A model generated the notes under the pieces. It was not told the DNA's origin. It ran no database searches and worked only from the letters and a program-made list of their open reading frames with translations. The position numbers were made by a program, and so were the translations under genes. A DNA stretch of 64,000 bases. Origin: Bilabrum cf. latius (taxonomy: Eukaryota). Positions 41,801 to 55,200 of this stretch are shown here, piece by piece; position 1 is the stretch's first letter, and every line of letters begins with the position of its first letter. Where the stretch lies: positions 558,001 through 622,000 of the forward strand of contig OZ237736.1 of the NCBI GenBank assembly GCA_965178125.1. The letters run 5' to 3'.

Positions 41801-44800
41801 TAAGGTGCCTGCCATGCTTCGTGCAGAGTTGGGTGACAAAGAGGCGAGGCTTCGCCAGAGGCGGCAATCCGACCAGGCCTTACAGGTGGTGTTTGCAGAC
41901 TCCCAGTTCGGCATGCGCAGCACAGCAGGAGGCGGATCCGACATGGGAAGCCCGAAGAAGTCTGCCCATGGCATGTTTGCGGATCAATTTGGTGGCGTTC
42001 AGCACCGCGAGCAGGAGGCACTTGCGATCGCCTCGGCCGCTGCTGGCTATGAGAGGGGCCAAGCGGCTTGCACGACCGAGGACGTGCTGCATGGCGCCGC
42101 CAGATTTTTCAAGAGGAGGGCAAGCCCAATCGTGACGAGCCGACTGACGGGCCTGCTGTCTCAGGGCCCACCCGCTGCAAGCAAATCCTCGGGCGATGTA
42201 CTGGCTCGCAGACACGCCACCACTGCAGCCACTTCGCTGCCTGCAGGTGGATCACAGCCCGACCAGCGGCCTCGGTCCCTGTCTGGGAGCTTGGCAGGAC
42301 CATCTCCTAGCTTTCGCATGATGCAATGGGCCAATGCTGGCAAGGCTCACAAGCAGGAAAGACCAGTCACTGACTCTATCGGGTACGGCGTGGGCGTGTC
42401 GCCTGCTGCGGTGCATTCGTCAAAGAGTTCATCATGGGGAGCCAAGCCACCACTCCCCGGGTCTGCATCGAAGCCTAAAGCTTCCAATTCGTCAGCTCGT
42501 GGTCTCGCAGCCATTCGTGCAGTTGGTCGCAAGGCTGCCATGATGTCCTCCGTTAACCAGGCCATTTCAGAGCCTGCTCGATGGCGGAGGCGGTACTATT
42601 TGCGGCAGGTACCCATTAAGCTGCACGCAGCCACCATGTTCTCTGTGCGCAACAAGAAAGGATTCGAAGGCCACGTGATCATCTCCGGCAGCGTCAATAA
42701 TCTGCTGCACATCATCAAGCCCTTGCGCAGCAGGATCCTCTCGAGGTGCGTCCCTATCGTGCTGCTGCATGCTCAAGCCCCCACTGATGTAGACTGGAAG
42801 CGCATCTCCGCATTCCAAGAGGTGTACTTTGTCCAAGGCAGCCCTCTCTCTGAGGAAGCGCTTGGTCGGGCTGGAATCCGCACCGCTGCGTGCGCCATCG
42901 TGTTGTCTGGCAGAGACTCTGGCGTGCTGGGTCGTGCTGCAGCCACGTAGATCGAGCACACGGATGCAACGACAGGGGTGACGACCACCCAGGGCGGTCT
43001 TGTGGACAAGGTTACTCTGATTGACTCTGAGGCGCTTTTCTATGCGCAAGCCATGCTTCGCATGCAGCCGCAGCTGACCACAGTCGTTGAGCTCATCAAG
43101 TTCTCGAACAGCGTGTTTCTCAAGCCAGACGTGCAGGCGTTCAGGCATCTCGCGGACGACTCGCAGACTAGCAGTTCCCCGATGTTTGCATCCGGGTCAA
43201 TTTTTAGCCCAGTGCTGCTAGACGTGCTGCTGTGTCAGTCGTTTTTCAACCCCCCTATCGTGGTGATCCTCGAAATGCTTGTGCTCGGAGCAGAGGGGTC
43301 TACTGGCAGGCGGACTGGCACCGCGGACACTATTAGGGGTATGTCAACCATGAGAGGTGGCGGTGCCATGTCGACCCGTGTGTTCAAGGGCAAGTATGCC
43401 ACCTCTGCCAGAAAGAGCATGGGTGGGGCAGCGTCTGGGACCGACTACTCTGGTACAGAGAAGCCCCCACAGCTGGTGGACACGTCCTCATTCGAGATGG
43501 TCAAAACCAGCAGTGTGCAGTCAGTGGCTGGTACTCCGGCGATTCCAAAGTAGACCCTGAAGCGTGGCGACAGCAAGCTACGAGGTGTCCGGGCGACGCG
43601 CAGCGGAGAGCTAAGGCCACCGCCTGCCCCCGAGTCTCCGTCTCTTCCGTCCAAGAAGCTGAATGGGTCCCTCTCTCAGCTTGGAGGCGGATCTGATGAG
43701 GATGCTCCGGCTGGTGATATTGGCGGCTCAGGGATTCAGATCGCCGGGCAGAACGTGAATGAAAAAGCCCTGAAGCGCTTGGGGCTGTCGAAGGAGACTA
43801 CAGAGGCTGGTGGCAGCATCGAGATGTCTGACATTGGTTCTGCAGATGAAAACAGCAAGAAGAAGAAGAACTAGGGTAAGAGGCGCGGAAGCATCCTGGG
43901 CAGCTTCCTTCCTGGGTTCAACCCTGATTCGGACGACGAGAACGAGGGACTGCTTGGAGATGATGACCAGGACAAGGAGCGGCGGCGCAAGCACAAAATG
44001 AATCGCAGACGAAGGCGGGCCAAGCGTCGCGCGAAGATGCAGGCGATGCAGGCTGCTGGCAACGTGAACGCGATCGAATTGAGCTCATCGTCAAGTGAGA
44101 CTGACGAGGATGCAAGCAGTGGGAAGGACAGCTACTCTAGCGCAGATGAGGTCAACAGCGCGACGGTGATGAGATCAAAGAAATCAAGGCAGGAGATGCT
44201 TGGCCTTAACGCACCGAGTCCGCTCGCTGGTTTATCGGACGCCCGCATCCCAGCGAGACCTTCTGAGTTGGTGCCAGTCGGGGAGTCAATGGACAGGAAA
44301 GCAGCCCACATGCGCTGGTCAGAGCAGAAAGGTATCATTGACGACATTGTCAGCGCGTCTCATATGTCTGGAATGGGCAACACGACGGAGACTGGAACCC
44401 ATTCGCGCAGCACTCGGCTAGATACGCATCAAAGCTCGACGGATCCCTCCGCCGCTGCACCTCAACCTTTTGATATGAAACCGAAGTTCAGCAGCTCTCA
44501 CACGGCCACGTCTGCGGACGTGCGGACCTCGGATACAGCTGCTGCAGCGGCATTTTCTACAAGCGGCATTGCGTCATCTCAACCGGCATCGGTCCCGCGC
44601 GCTGGGAGCTAGCGCACGAAGAAGAAGTCTAGCAGGCATCGCCGTTCAAGCAAGAAGGGATACGTGCACAAGATCTCTCACGATGCAGACGGGATGTACA
44701 CAGGCAAGTACGAGGATGAGAGTGAGGAGGAGGAGTCGTACAAGGACAAGAGCACGCTCGGCAAGCTGCTGAAGCGGGTGCGACGCAGCCGAGTGATGAA

Positions 44801-45083
44801 CATTCCCGTGCCCCCGCGCTTTTACAACAAACCGTACCACATGCTCACGTCGTACATGCTTAGGGAGCTGCAGATTGTCCCGCTCGGTTTGTACAGGGGA
44901 GTGTATCGCAGGCACGGGATCGTTTCAGCAGGCAACGACCACCCATACGTGGTCACAAATCCGGACCCTCAATGCGAGATCACTTCCGCTGATGGCGTCT
45001 ACGCACTGGGTCCCATCAAGGATCTTCAGACGATGAAGGCATCTGTCGTCGAGAAGCAGTCTCGGGCCATGGGTGGTCGTTGA
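35893..45083 (+). CDS. BK/Slo-family (RCK-domain) voltage-gated K+ channel, ~3,030 aa; intron 37702-37802
   Basis: TM segments, S4 LARVFRVLRIIRLYR, filter TTVGYGDV (~37974), RCK1 (ITYIQGSPM..DLIRA; EDASAML), RCK2 (GHVIISG; YFVQGSPLSEEALGRAGI; FASGSIF) and C-terminal PLGLYR..YVVTNPDP. Eleven in-frame TAGs. Ends at TGA 45081-45083. Confidence 0.92.
37702..37802 (+). other. Spliceosomal intron (101 nt, phase 0) in the K+ channel gene
   Basis: GAG|GTGAGA...CCTTCGCAG|TAC joins the S4 frame to the S5 frame. Confidence 0.85.
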
Positions 45084-45289
45084 AGTTGAACGGGCTTGGA
45101 GGCCTGGCCGCAGGTAGGTAGGCTGTCGCCTGGGTGGTTCATCCTGCCAGATGTAATGTGATCATACTTGTATTTTAATCAGATTCGGGGTCTCCTGTAG
45201 TCGCCAGGGTGCCTCACCATACTATCCACCCATGTCCCGGGTTTACACAACCATGGCTGGTCTGATCCATTGAGTGTCCGTGTGCAACG

Positions 45290-47778
45290 TCATACACCTA
45301 CTTCGCACACCCCTACGTGGACAGGAAGCAGACCGTCTGCTAGTGACCAATCTGTTTGTATACTTTGCTATCCCAGCCTGAGATTTCTCGCTTCTCTGAC
45401 GTCGGGTGGCTGGGCATGCACGTGTAGCAGGGCGAAGGCTGAACCGGCGCCCCAGATGGGCAGACCACATTCTCTAGCCTCCTTGACGTACAACGCGTCG
45501 ATTGCCGGGGTTCCTAGCGGCACATTGCCCACCTTGTCTTTTAAGCATGAGAAACCGTGCTTCCACCTGTCTCGTCTGCCTGGCACTGCCCAGCCATCCT
45601 GCGAGTCCGCCCGGGGCACAAGCGGTGTGGTTGTCGCCAATAGCTCTGCAGCGACCATTCCCATTCCCCCTCGTGCAGAATGGTTTCCTTCATACTTTGA
45701 CATACAGCGTTGTATCATGGCCAAAACTGCGTCGCTACTAAGTGCTTGCTCGATATTATGACTCAAGTCTAGAGGGTCCTCGTAAGGCCGACGCTCAGCG
45801 ATATGGCCAAGCACTGCCTTCAGCAATGCGACAATAACGCTGACACACGGCTGCTTTGTTGTAGAAGATTTCCCTACTTCAATTGGAAGCTCTCTCCTGT
45901 GGATGGCGGCGGTTGCGTTTCCTGCAGCAACCTACGCGAGCACGCATGTCGAGTCAGGCGGCCTGCCACCTCTGGAACCTGTCTGCTTGTCCAGAAGAAT
46001 CGTGTCAGCATTGATTGTCACGACAACGTCTACTTCATCCGTAGGTATCATTGCATCAGCAGTAATTGCAGACAGTCTTCCCTTGCCAGGGTGGATGTGC
46101 ACTTGCCTGCTCGAGTAATTCGCATGGCAAGCAGCTCGCCATCGGGAGCACAATGCATCAGCAACAGCATGGATGCCATGCGCTAGTGCTAGGTCATCAT
46201 CATTTTCAGGCACAAGATAGATCATTTCTGCCACGCTTCCAATCAAATTTGCTACTGCTGCTACCCCAAGCTCCAGCAGTCGAGCTGAAACTGCAGTGCG
46301 TGACATACCCCTGTCACCAGTAGGTGGCAGAGCATCCTGGGGCCAGAACGGCTGCAGTAGAATACCGACTGTAGGTGCACGCACGACCCCGAGCGCGACC
46401 TATGGTTCTGCTGGTTGCATAGATGAACTCTTAGCGGCAACCTCTGTTGCAGAAATCATGGTGTAGTATCCGAAATGCAGCCTGCTGGATGCACGCTCGC
46501 TGCCGGCGCTTTGGCCGAACGCGGCGGTAAGTGAGCTGGCTGATAGCGGTAGGTACATGCCAAATAGCCTACATAGCGATATCCATCTAGAATCCCTCCA
46601 CTGTACAAAAGCCTCTTTAAAGTGTTGCGTTGCCACACTGGATGCAATCCGGGCTCGCAGTGCGTGGTCCTTGTCACTCGGCTGGATGCCAGAGACAGGG
46701 CTAGTCGCTGAATACGCCACCGCCGCAGCAGTTGCAACAATAGCGACTCGATATGGACGGAACTCATAGGTATTGCAGCAGGACGGGTCGTCTCCAGTGC
46801 ACGCACTTACCTTATGGCCAGGCAGTCTGCAGCCAGACATCGACATCGAACTGTTCCAAGTGGCGACCATCGAGCGAGTAGCGCCTCGCTAACTGTCAGC
46901 AGCTGACAAGTGGATCAACCGAGGGCTCCAATTGATGATGCAATCTAATGCAGTGTCGAGACTGTGCCTTGCCTGTGAAATCCTGACATAATTGTATACC
47001 GCAGAGTCTAGTCGACGACGAAGCTCGAGCGGCCGCGGCGTAGGCTCCGCTTCCGAGACAGCAGGAGCCTGGTTGCTTGTTGACATAGCCGCATCAACCG
47101 CAGCAGCCGCCGCAAGCTCGTACATTGCATGCGCGTGCTCACCATGTCCCGAAAGGCGAAGGGCGGCCGCTACTATGGTGCAAGCCTCGCTGCTCTGCCC
47201 AACCCGGTGCTGTCGTAGCAAGCCTACCGCCACTGATGGCTACATATCCGCTATTGTGACCATAGATTTTAACGTCGGAGCGCCCCAACTGCTCGTCGAA
47301 AGCCCAGAGGAAAGCGCCGACATGAAGGTAGATACTCTTTTTCGTAGAGTTGGAAATGTGGCGGTAGAATGCTTCGATAAGGCATTGTGCAACGAGGCTA
47401 GATGAGCTGCGGACAGATAAACTACCAAATGATTGCAGTGTGTGGACTGAAATTTTAAAAAAAGAATGATGCTGCCAGTACTAGTAGCTTACCAATAGGT
47501 GCGCAAGCCTGTCTCCAAGCGAGGCAAAACTGCCCCCTAGAATGATATTCTTCAATTTTTCGCTACGAACCGCGCCGAGCAAAGGAAGTAAAGTATGCTC
47601 TCATTGCTTTGCAGTCGTGGTTGGAGGCTGTGCAGGATTCCACACGTGAGGCTTCCGGGCAGCAGTATTGCAGGCCAAATGCGGAGCCCTCAACAAAATG
47701 CTTTGGTTCGGAGGAGTCATCAAATACTATGGACCCGATTGCTATAGATAAGAGCCCCACAGATATCACTGCATGCAT
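45290..47778 (-). CDS. Signal-anchored putative glycosyltransferase-like protein; intron 47422-47492
   Basis: Hydrophobic N-terminus MHAVISVGLLSIAIG. ORFs 47240, 46889, 46400, 45932 and 45368 are in one frame joined by TAG. VVVTINADTILL and SQDGW..LGTPAID..HVH resemble GT-A-like motifs (weak). Ends at TGA 45290-45292. Confidence 0.55.
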
Positions 47779-47882
47779 TCAATCCGGACATTCGAATGAT
47801 TTGTTTGTGCTCAAGTGCAAGCGGAACCAGCATTGCGCGGCGCCATTAATCGTGTGTGGATTCATTCTTGCTGCTCCGCGCG

Positions 47883-48740
47883 ATGGCTTTCTATGACTTG
47901 CGTCCAGGGCAAGACAGGGAGCCGCCTGTAAGTGCCAATACAGACTTCGCTGACCCGACGTCGGTGGAGAGTCTCCCGGCTCTACCAAAGGTTGCGATTC
48001 CGGCACTTGATATTCCCACCAGTTCTGCGTTGATTGTTGCTCAAGGCGATGCTGGCATAGTTGCGAGATCGTACCTAGGGCTGCATCTGTCCAAAAAATA
48101 GGATGCAGCCACGGTTCGAGCCGGAGATGCGGGTAGCTTGTATGTTGTCCGCATCCCGGAACGTGTAGGCTCTTCATGTTGTTTGCTCGCTACAGACCCC
48201 AAGGATGGCACTAAATTTGCGCAAAGACTTATCAATTCAGCTATCAGTAGCTATAAGGTTGGGTCCATAGCTGCTTTGGTTGCAGTCCATGGAGAAAGGG
48301 CCGAGAAGCCCGAACTTTGCCGTCTCAGCGTCGGTGACTTGGGCGGGCTTGACGATCGTATCGCTGAGGTCGCTCGCTTGCCAGCGGGAGATTCGTTCGG
48401 GGGAATTGCTGCAGCTGCGTTGGTGGCACCACTGTCGGAGGAGTTCGATTCGGGGGCGGGAGACGGTTCTGCAGCGACAGGGGGGGCTGGCACATCTACT
48501 AGTAGTACTAGGAAGTCGATTCGTAGTACTCGGAGGCATGCGTTCGTGGTGTCCAGACCGGACAGAGCGGCAGCGGATGCAGTGGATCAACTAGCCACAG
48601 CCTTACAGCTGGCATTGCGGAGTGTTAACTGCGATGATCTCTTTCCCACAGACGAGAAGGAATTGGCCTCTCGGCGTGAGCACGCAGTGCGGCAGCTGCG
48701 CAGGTCAGCTGGCCCCACCTATGGCCTCCTATACCTATGA
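47883..48740 (+). CDS. Possible proteasome assembly chaperone (PAC1/PSMG1-like)
   Basis: ATG 47883, one TAG (48099), TGA 48738; 285 aa. RLPAGDSFGGIAAAAL resembles the PAC1 core, and the protein ends in an HbYX motif (LLYL*). The function is tentative. Confidence 0.45.
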
Positions 48741-48973
48741 CGGACGGCGGCCGATTCGCGGCCATGCTCTTTACGATTGAAAGACTAGATATGAATGGTG
48801 ATTGCAGTATAAGCGCACTTTGCAGGCATCATGATTCCACGGCATCCAGGACCCACCTGGAGGCCACGGCTATCCAAAGGCCACCACATCGACTGTTCCT
48901 GCGACTGCGACTGCGAATCACCATCTCCCGGACCCTCCGCCCATTCAACTAGGAGGCTCGCATCGAAGCACTA

Positions 48974-51900
48974 TCAAAGTCGAACGAACCATCGCTACCG
49001 GTGCATGTACCACCCAATCACCATCCAGCACATGACACCGATGATGTTGGCAGCCAGAGCCTCTGAATGCGACCTGAAGCCGTCTGGATACTCCGTCGGC
49101 AAAGCCATCGTGATGGTAAAGGGGAAGAACTGCTAGAAAATCTCCGATCCCGCGTAGATCACGATCGAGTTCTGGCCCAAATACGTGAAGGGCGCCCCCC
49201 TCCAGAGCTGGAAGTAGTCGCACACCAGCCAAAGAAGCCCGAGGGACATGAACGCCACGCCAGCCATCACAAAAATGAACGAGGGCGACCACACGTTCTT
49301 GCAAAGAGGCAGTGCACCCCCGAACTGGGCACCGCCGGCCAGCGCTGTGCCCACGCCTCCGATGATCGCGCCCCAAACCGCCAGACGCAGCACCAGCTCC
49401 CACAGCCCGCGGCCCTGGTCCTCCTCCTCGGGGTGAAGGATAGTGTCAGAGGCAGCTTGGGCTGTGGCTGACTTGGTAGGCCGGTGCGCGATCAGAATTC
49501 TGCCGGCTTGCAGACCAACCCAAGCCATCACCACCGCCATGCAAGCTCCCAGCAGTCCCTCGGGATCGTACACCGGACAGAAGTACGTGTCTGCGCAGGT
49601 CGCCGCCGAGACCGGCTCGTTGCCCGGTGCAGGGCCAGTGTTGTGGTACACGTGCCGAGGTCCAAAAATAAGCATGTCTACAGCGCGGTGCACGCCACCG
49701 GAGCAGTTGAAGTACTGGGCATCCTCAGAGAGCCCACCAGCTCCAATGTACCCGACTGGACAATCCTTCATCCCCTCGAGCACGCCCCTGCTCTCGGTGC
49801 CTTCGGCTGCTGCCTTGTATACATCGCTCGGTGCCACCAGCTGCTACACGCAGAGGTACAGCGTAAGCATTCCTGCCACGAAGAGTAGCTCGGAGGTGTA
49901 CGGCCACACGTCGCCGCACACGTAGGCGGCCCCCTGCCACCCAGCCTCCACCCTTGCTTTCTTCTCGGCCTCCTGGGCTGCCACGGCATAAGCATCACGG
50001 CCTTCCACGACGGGCGGCACGCTGCCGCTTCGAAGGTCTGCCTCCCAGCCGGCAGACGAAGACTCCCTCCCGAACGGGTCGCTGCTCGGATCGAACCCTC
50101 TAGGGCGATCAGAGCTGCCGTCCTCGTCTCCCATGAGGGGCTGCGAGAGCCCCTGGGCATTCACAGCCGTGTCTCCTCGCCGCACATCGTTGCCACGCTT
50201 CTGTGAAGAGGAACCACCAGCAGACGAAGAGCCCTCAAGCATTGCGGCCGTCTCTCCGCACCCGCCAAAGGTGCACAGCGGCATCAGGTTGTAGAGCATG
50301 CCAACGAAGAATGCTGCGATCGCAAAGTACTGCAGCACCCCGGGAACGCGCCACTCCTGCAAAGACGTGCCGTTGTTCAAAAAGAGTCCCACAGCGGCTA
50401 GCTTTGCCGCTCGCCACGCGATCTTAGTGAAGGCAGTCCAGCCCACTTTGCCCTTCCTTCGCAGCGCTGCCATGGACAGTGCCATGGAGGCACCCATGGT
50501 CCACACGAACACAGGGAACACAAGATCTGCCACGGTAAGACCGTCCCATCGGCTGTGATCGAGCCACCAGTACCCACCCCCGCCATAATTAACGAAAATC
50601 ATGATAGACAGGGCGATTCCTCGCAGGGCGTCGACACTGTGCACACGGCCAGGCTTGCTGCCAGGGGCGGGAGAGCTCCCACTGGCACCCGCAGCACCCA
50701 CGTTCAGCTCCCGTCCCGTGGAATCCTTGTATCGCCTGCCATTATCACTGCCCGCTCCGCCCCGACCGACTTCAGCAGACTGATCGTCAAGCCGACGGTC
50801 GGCAGCACCAGGCTTGGAAGGCGAGCACAGGCAGCACAAGCCGCCGCACGGCGCGCCGTCATCCCCATCACCGTCGCCCTGCTGGCAGATGGTCCGCATG
50901 GACACCGACTGGAACAAGTATGCGCACAGCAGTCCCATCACCACCCCGAGCAGACCCCAAGCGAGAGGAATCCATGTGTTGTTGCCCTTGCTGTCAGACA
51001 GCACCACCACGCCGAGCCCGATCTCCTGTCCGTTTTTGACCTCTTTCGGAGTCGGGCGCGCTTTCCAGTCGTTGTCTGGTGCTCGCACAGAGCCGTTGCG
51101 CGCGGCGGCCCCGATGACGATCGTGATGGCCTGATGTTCCTCGAATGCGACGGCCTGCCTCAGGATCACGCTAGGGTGCCCCCGCGGGATGTGGGGCTGG
51201 GCCTCCGTGTAGGAATACTCGGCAGATGCAGCAAGCACGATGGGATGCTTTGCATCTAGCCTCAGGTAGCCCTGGCCGAGGGACTGCGCCGGAGGCGCCC
51301 CCATTTCGTGCGCCGGCCAGATCGGGTCTCCCCCAACGGTGACGCCGCCGCGCTCCAGCACGGAAAGCATCGACTGGCCGGATAGCGGGAGGGCGCACTG
51401 GTAGCAGTCGCTCGAGACTGACCGAAACGCTACTGCTTTCGATGCAGGGAACGCATTCAGCACACGAACCCTCACAGTGTCCATGCCATCTCGGCTGAGC
51501 GCCAGCGAGGGATCCGACAGACCGGATTGATGCCTCCGCTTCGAGCTACCACTGGTGGCCGGTGCCAAAGAATCGCCTCCTCCGATGGAACCATCATCAT
51601 TCTCTGCGGAGCCATCGAATGCTGGCGCACCAAGGTCTGGGAGTATCAAGCACTGGGCATATCTTTGAGCTCCTGGCATTGGATCACCTGGCAGGGCTGG
51701 AAACGCGGACGGAAGCGAGGCCCGAAACACAAGGGCCCCTTGTGGTAGCCCAGGCAGCGGTGTATGTTCCTATAGCTGCGTGCAAAACACTGTCAACCTT
51801 GCGGAGCGTCCTGAATTGTCCTGCTGCGAGCTTGGTACGAAGTCAACAGGCATATCAACAGACACCTCGGATGCCTTAAACCGAACCACTGCCGAGTCAT

Positions 51901-52084
51901 TGTATAGTCTGTTATAGTCTGAGCTTGAACCGGAATGAATAGACACAACAGTTTTGCCGCCGGCTAGAATACTGAGATCTTCGCCTGCCTCGTTGATCCC
52001 TCGCACAAGCAAGTTTGTGGCTTCTGCGCGGCTCGCCGATGCTAGTGCTGTAATTGCTAACACAAGCAAGTCAGTTATTGCCAT
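48974..52084 (-). CDS. HGSNAT: Heparan-alpha-glucosaminide N-acetyltransferase-like protein
   Basis: Signal peptide; RVHSVDALRGIALSIMIFVNYGGGGYWWLDHSRWDGLTVADLVFP; RVPGVLQYF; YDPEGLLG; PLCKNVWSPSF; GQNSIVIYAGSEIF[TAG]QFFPF. The C-terminal TM appears only after reading through TAG 49133 and 48995. Ends at TGA 48974-48976. Confidence 0.92.
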
Positions 52085-52203
52085 CGGAAATATTGAAATA
52101 GTATAAGTTGTCTTGATCGGTGTGCTTGATAGGCGAGAGGAAGATCGCAAGCTTCCTTGAGCGGAACCAGTCAACTTGCAGGCGCCGCGCATGTCGACAC
52201 GGA

Positions 52204-55200
52204 TCAACCACGTTTCAGCGAGCTCCGGTCCATGAAAATGGAGATCCGGCCCTGCCCACTCGGTTGCCCAGCCGCACTTTTGTCCTTTCCGCCGTGCAAG
52301 CTCCCCGAGCGGCCCAGCCCGAGCAGAGAGGAGCGCCTGCGGTGGGAGGCTGCAAGCCTCGTGTTCGCGATGCCGCTCTTCGCGGGCCGTTCGTCTTGAT
52401 CGGCTACGCTTTCAACTGCACCTTCTTTCCTTGCTTCCTGCTGCTCGGCTGCGGATCCAGAGCCCTGCGCTTTGCCAGCATCATCGTCCTGCAGCAGGCT
52501 GCCACCACCCGAAAACGGCATCGTGCAGAGGCTCTGCCTGCCTCTAGCGAGCTTCTTTCTCATCCCGTTGCCCTTGTCCTTGCCCTTGCCAAGCCGAAGC
52601 AGGCCACCACCACCAGCGCCCTCCCTTCCCTTGGCTGCCGGCTTGGAAGGCATCGCTGACTGCCTCCTCTTGGGAGCCCTCCCGCCCGCATCTGGTGCCA
52701 AGAGCTTCACAAAGGAGCCAGCGATGTCCCCTCCATCGTCATCGTCGTCCTCATCGTCATCGAATCCAAGGGAAGCTTCCTCTTCCTCGGCATCAATCTC
52801 CACACTGCCGGCACGGGGGCCATCGGCATCCACTCCACGACGCCGCCGCGCCGCATGCCTAGGCACAGCCGGCGGACCGGCACCGTGCTAGGAAGTTGGA
52901 GTCACCCCAGCTTCCTCGTCAGAAGGCGAAGCGATTGCACTGCTGAAGCCACCTTCAGCAGATGACTTCGCATCAGCGGGGCGTGTACCAAGCCGAGCCA
53001 GCATCGGCAGCTTCGGAACTCCGTGGTTTCCGCTGCCACCAGCACCAGGCAGTACTGCAGGCCCCAGCCCCTCCTCTGAGGTCGGCTCAATGACTCCGTC
53101 CATGCTATCCTCCTCCTGCTCTGGGTCGGCGAATGGGTCGTAGTCGTCTGCTGGTGACCCGCCTTTGGATGGTCCCTCGCCCGACGAAGGCGAAGCAGAT
53201 CCGCTGCTGAACTCGCCGTCGCTTGCAAGTCTCGACTGCGGCAGGAGATCTTCCTCTTCTTCTTCGTCGTGCACGTGCTGCGTGCCGAGGGTGGCATACC
53301 CCGAAGGTGAGGCTGCCAAGAGATCGCTCTCGTCCAGCGAACTGCCGTGTGAACGTGAAGCATCTGTGGGTGAACCCACATCCTTGAAACTGGCAGCAAG
53401 GCTGCTTCCATTTGCTGGTTTCCCGTCCATGGTGCTATCTGTATTCTCCAAGATCTCGCTGCCGAGAAGATCCGGCGATGCGCCTTCATGTACTGTCTGA
53501 GCGTGACAGGCTGGAGTTCTGTGCTGGCCGTGGTGCTCATCGCCCAGCAAAGATGCCAGGGCGGATCGGGCGCTTCGCGACTGGGAATCACTAGCTGTAG
53601 CATTGCGAAGCCTGGCAGCAGCACGTCGCAGCCTGTCATCGTGATGTCCCTCCATCAAGGAGATGATGATGTCGATCGCGGGTACGGTTGGGGTCCTCTG
53701 CGGCGTCTCGGCGGTGTCGGTCCCACTCGACGTGGCGGCATCAGGCTACTGCACAGGGGTAGTAGCTGCCTGCTTGATGGGCACTTCTGCAAAGGCGTTT
53801 TCCTCCGAATCTGCGCTGGCCTGCTGGCTTGAGTTCTCTTGGTCGAGGTGCTAGCCTGGCTCTTGTGGCCTGTTTGAGGTGCCCCCTCGCTCACTTCGCG
53901 TCAGTTCACCCTTTCCTGTGATAGCCACAGCCTTGTCATTACCTTCCTTGCTCTGTGTAGCCTCCCTTTTCTCGTCCTCACCGGGCTGCTGCTCGTCTTG
54001 TACCGACTCATCCAGGCAAGAGTCGCTTTGGAACAGGATCCGGGGCCTGCCCACATCAGAGTCTAGGGACGCAGATGACATGGAGCTCTCGTTCAAGTCG
54101 TTTGCGCTGTCGTTTCGGGCGAAGAGCCCAGTGGGTGTATGGTTGCAGTGATCGGAAGCTATGGGTGCAGTGCTGCCGGGCTCGCTGCTGCTGGCGTGCC
54201 CGATGGCCTGACTCCACCACGACGCTTCTGGTGCCACACCAGGGCTAGGCGCCGCCCGACCTGACTGCTTCTAGCTGTCGCCTACCACGTCGCGATCATC
54301 CACGATTGGGCCCCAAACGTCCTCCACCTCGCACAGAAGGTCGTCTTCCTCCTGTCTCTCCTGCTCGTCGTCAGCGCACTGCCACCACGCCTCTCGCTAC
54401 TCCGCCAGCTCATCAACCTCGGCCTCTCCACCGAAAGGTGGAAGCTTGATGCCGTATCGCCGATAGGCCGCCCTACGTAGGGCCGTATGTTCCCACGCAC
54501 GAGCATTCGTGGTGTCCTCCGTGTCTCTGTGCACCACAGCGTGGTACAGCCCCTCGTACAGCTTGGGGCCGTTGGGAGACCCCGTCTTGGGGTTGAGGTA
54601 CCTGTACGTACCGCCGGGACCGACACGTTTGGGCACCAGGCCAGTTGCCTTGCGCATGCGTGCATCTGCAGTGCGTCGTGACCGCGCCATCCGACCGAGC
54701 CCGGCCTAGATGCCGGCCACCGCCGCTCTTGTGACCTTGGAAGTGAGCTTGCGCTTCGGATGCTTGCCCGGAGTGAATCCTGGCTTCGGGTCGATGCTTG
54801 CAGAAAGCATGCTTTCACTGCTATTGTCACTCCCGCTGGACTGATCACCGCCAGCGCCGAAGATAGGCGGCACGGGGTGGTGTAGCGGGTAGCTGACACG
54901 GCGTTGCAGCTCCTCGCACAGCATCCTCGACCGCTCCAGGCTGAGGCTTGCGGGCACCACTGCATCCGTTGGAGATGAATCGACCTCAACGGCAACATTT
55001 CGAGAGCTGCGACCATCGTGCGCGAGCGGTCGATTGGCATGAAGGGGCGGCACGTGGCTGACGGCTGCCCTGCCCCCTGCGTACCCAGTGACAGGTACCC
55101 CAGGCTCAGGGGAGGCGAATTCTCCGTGCAAATGCGATCCATCGCTGGGTCCCTTGCAGCCCTTAGACGAGTCGCCGTGAGCCCCTCCTCCTAGCGGATG

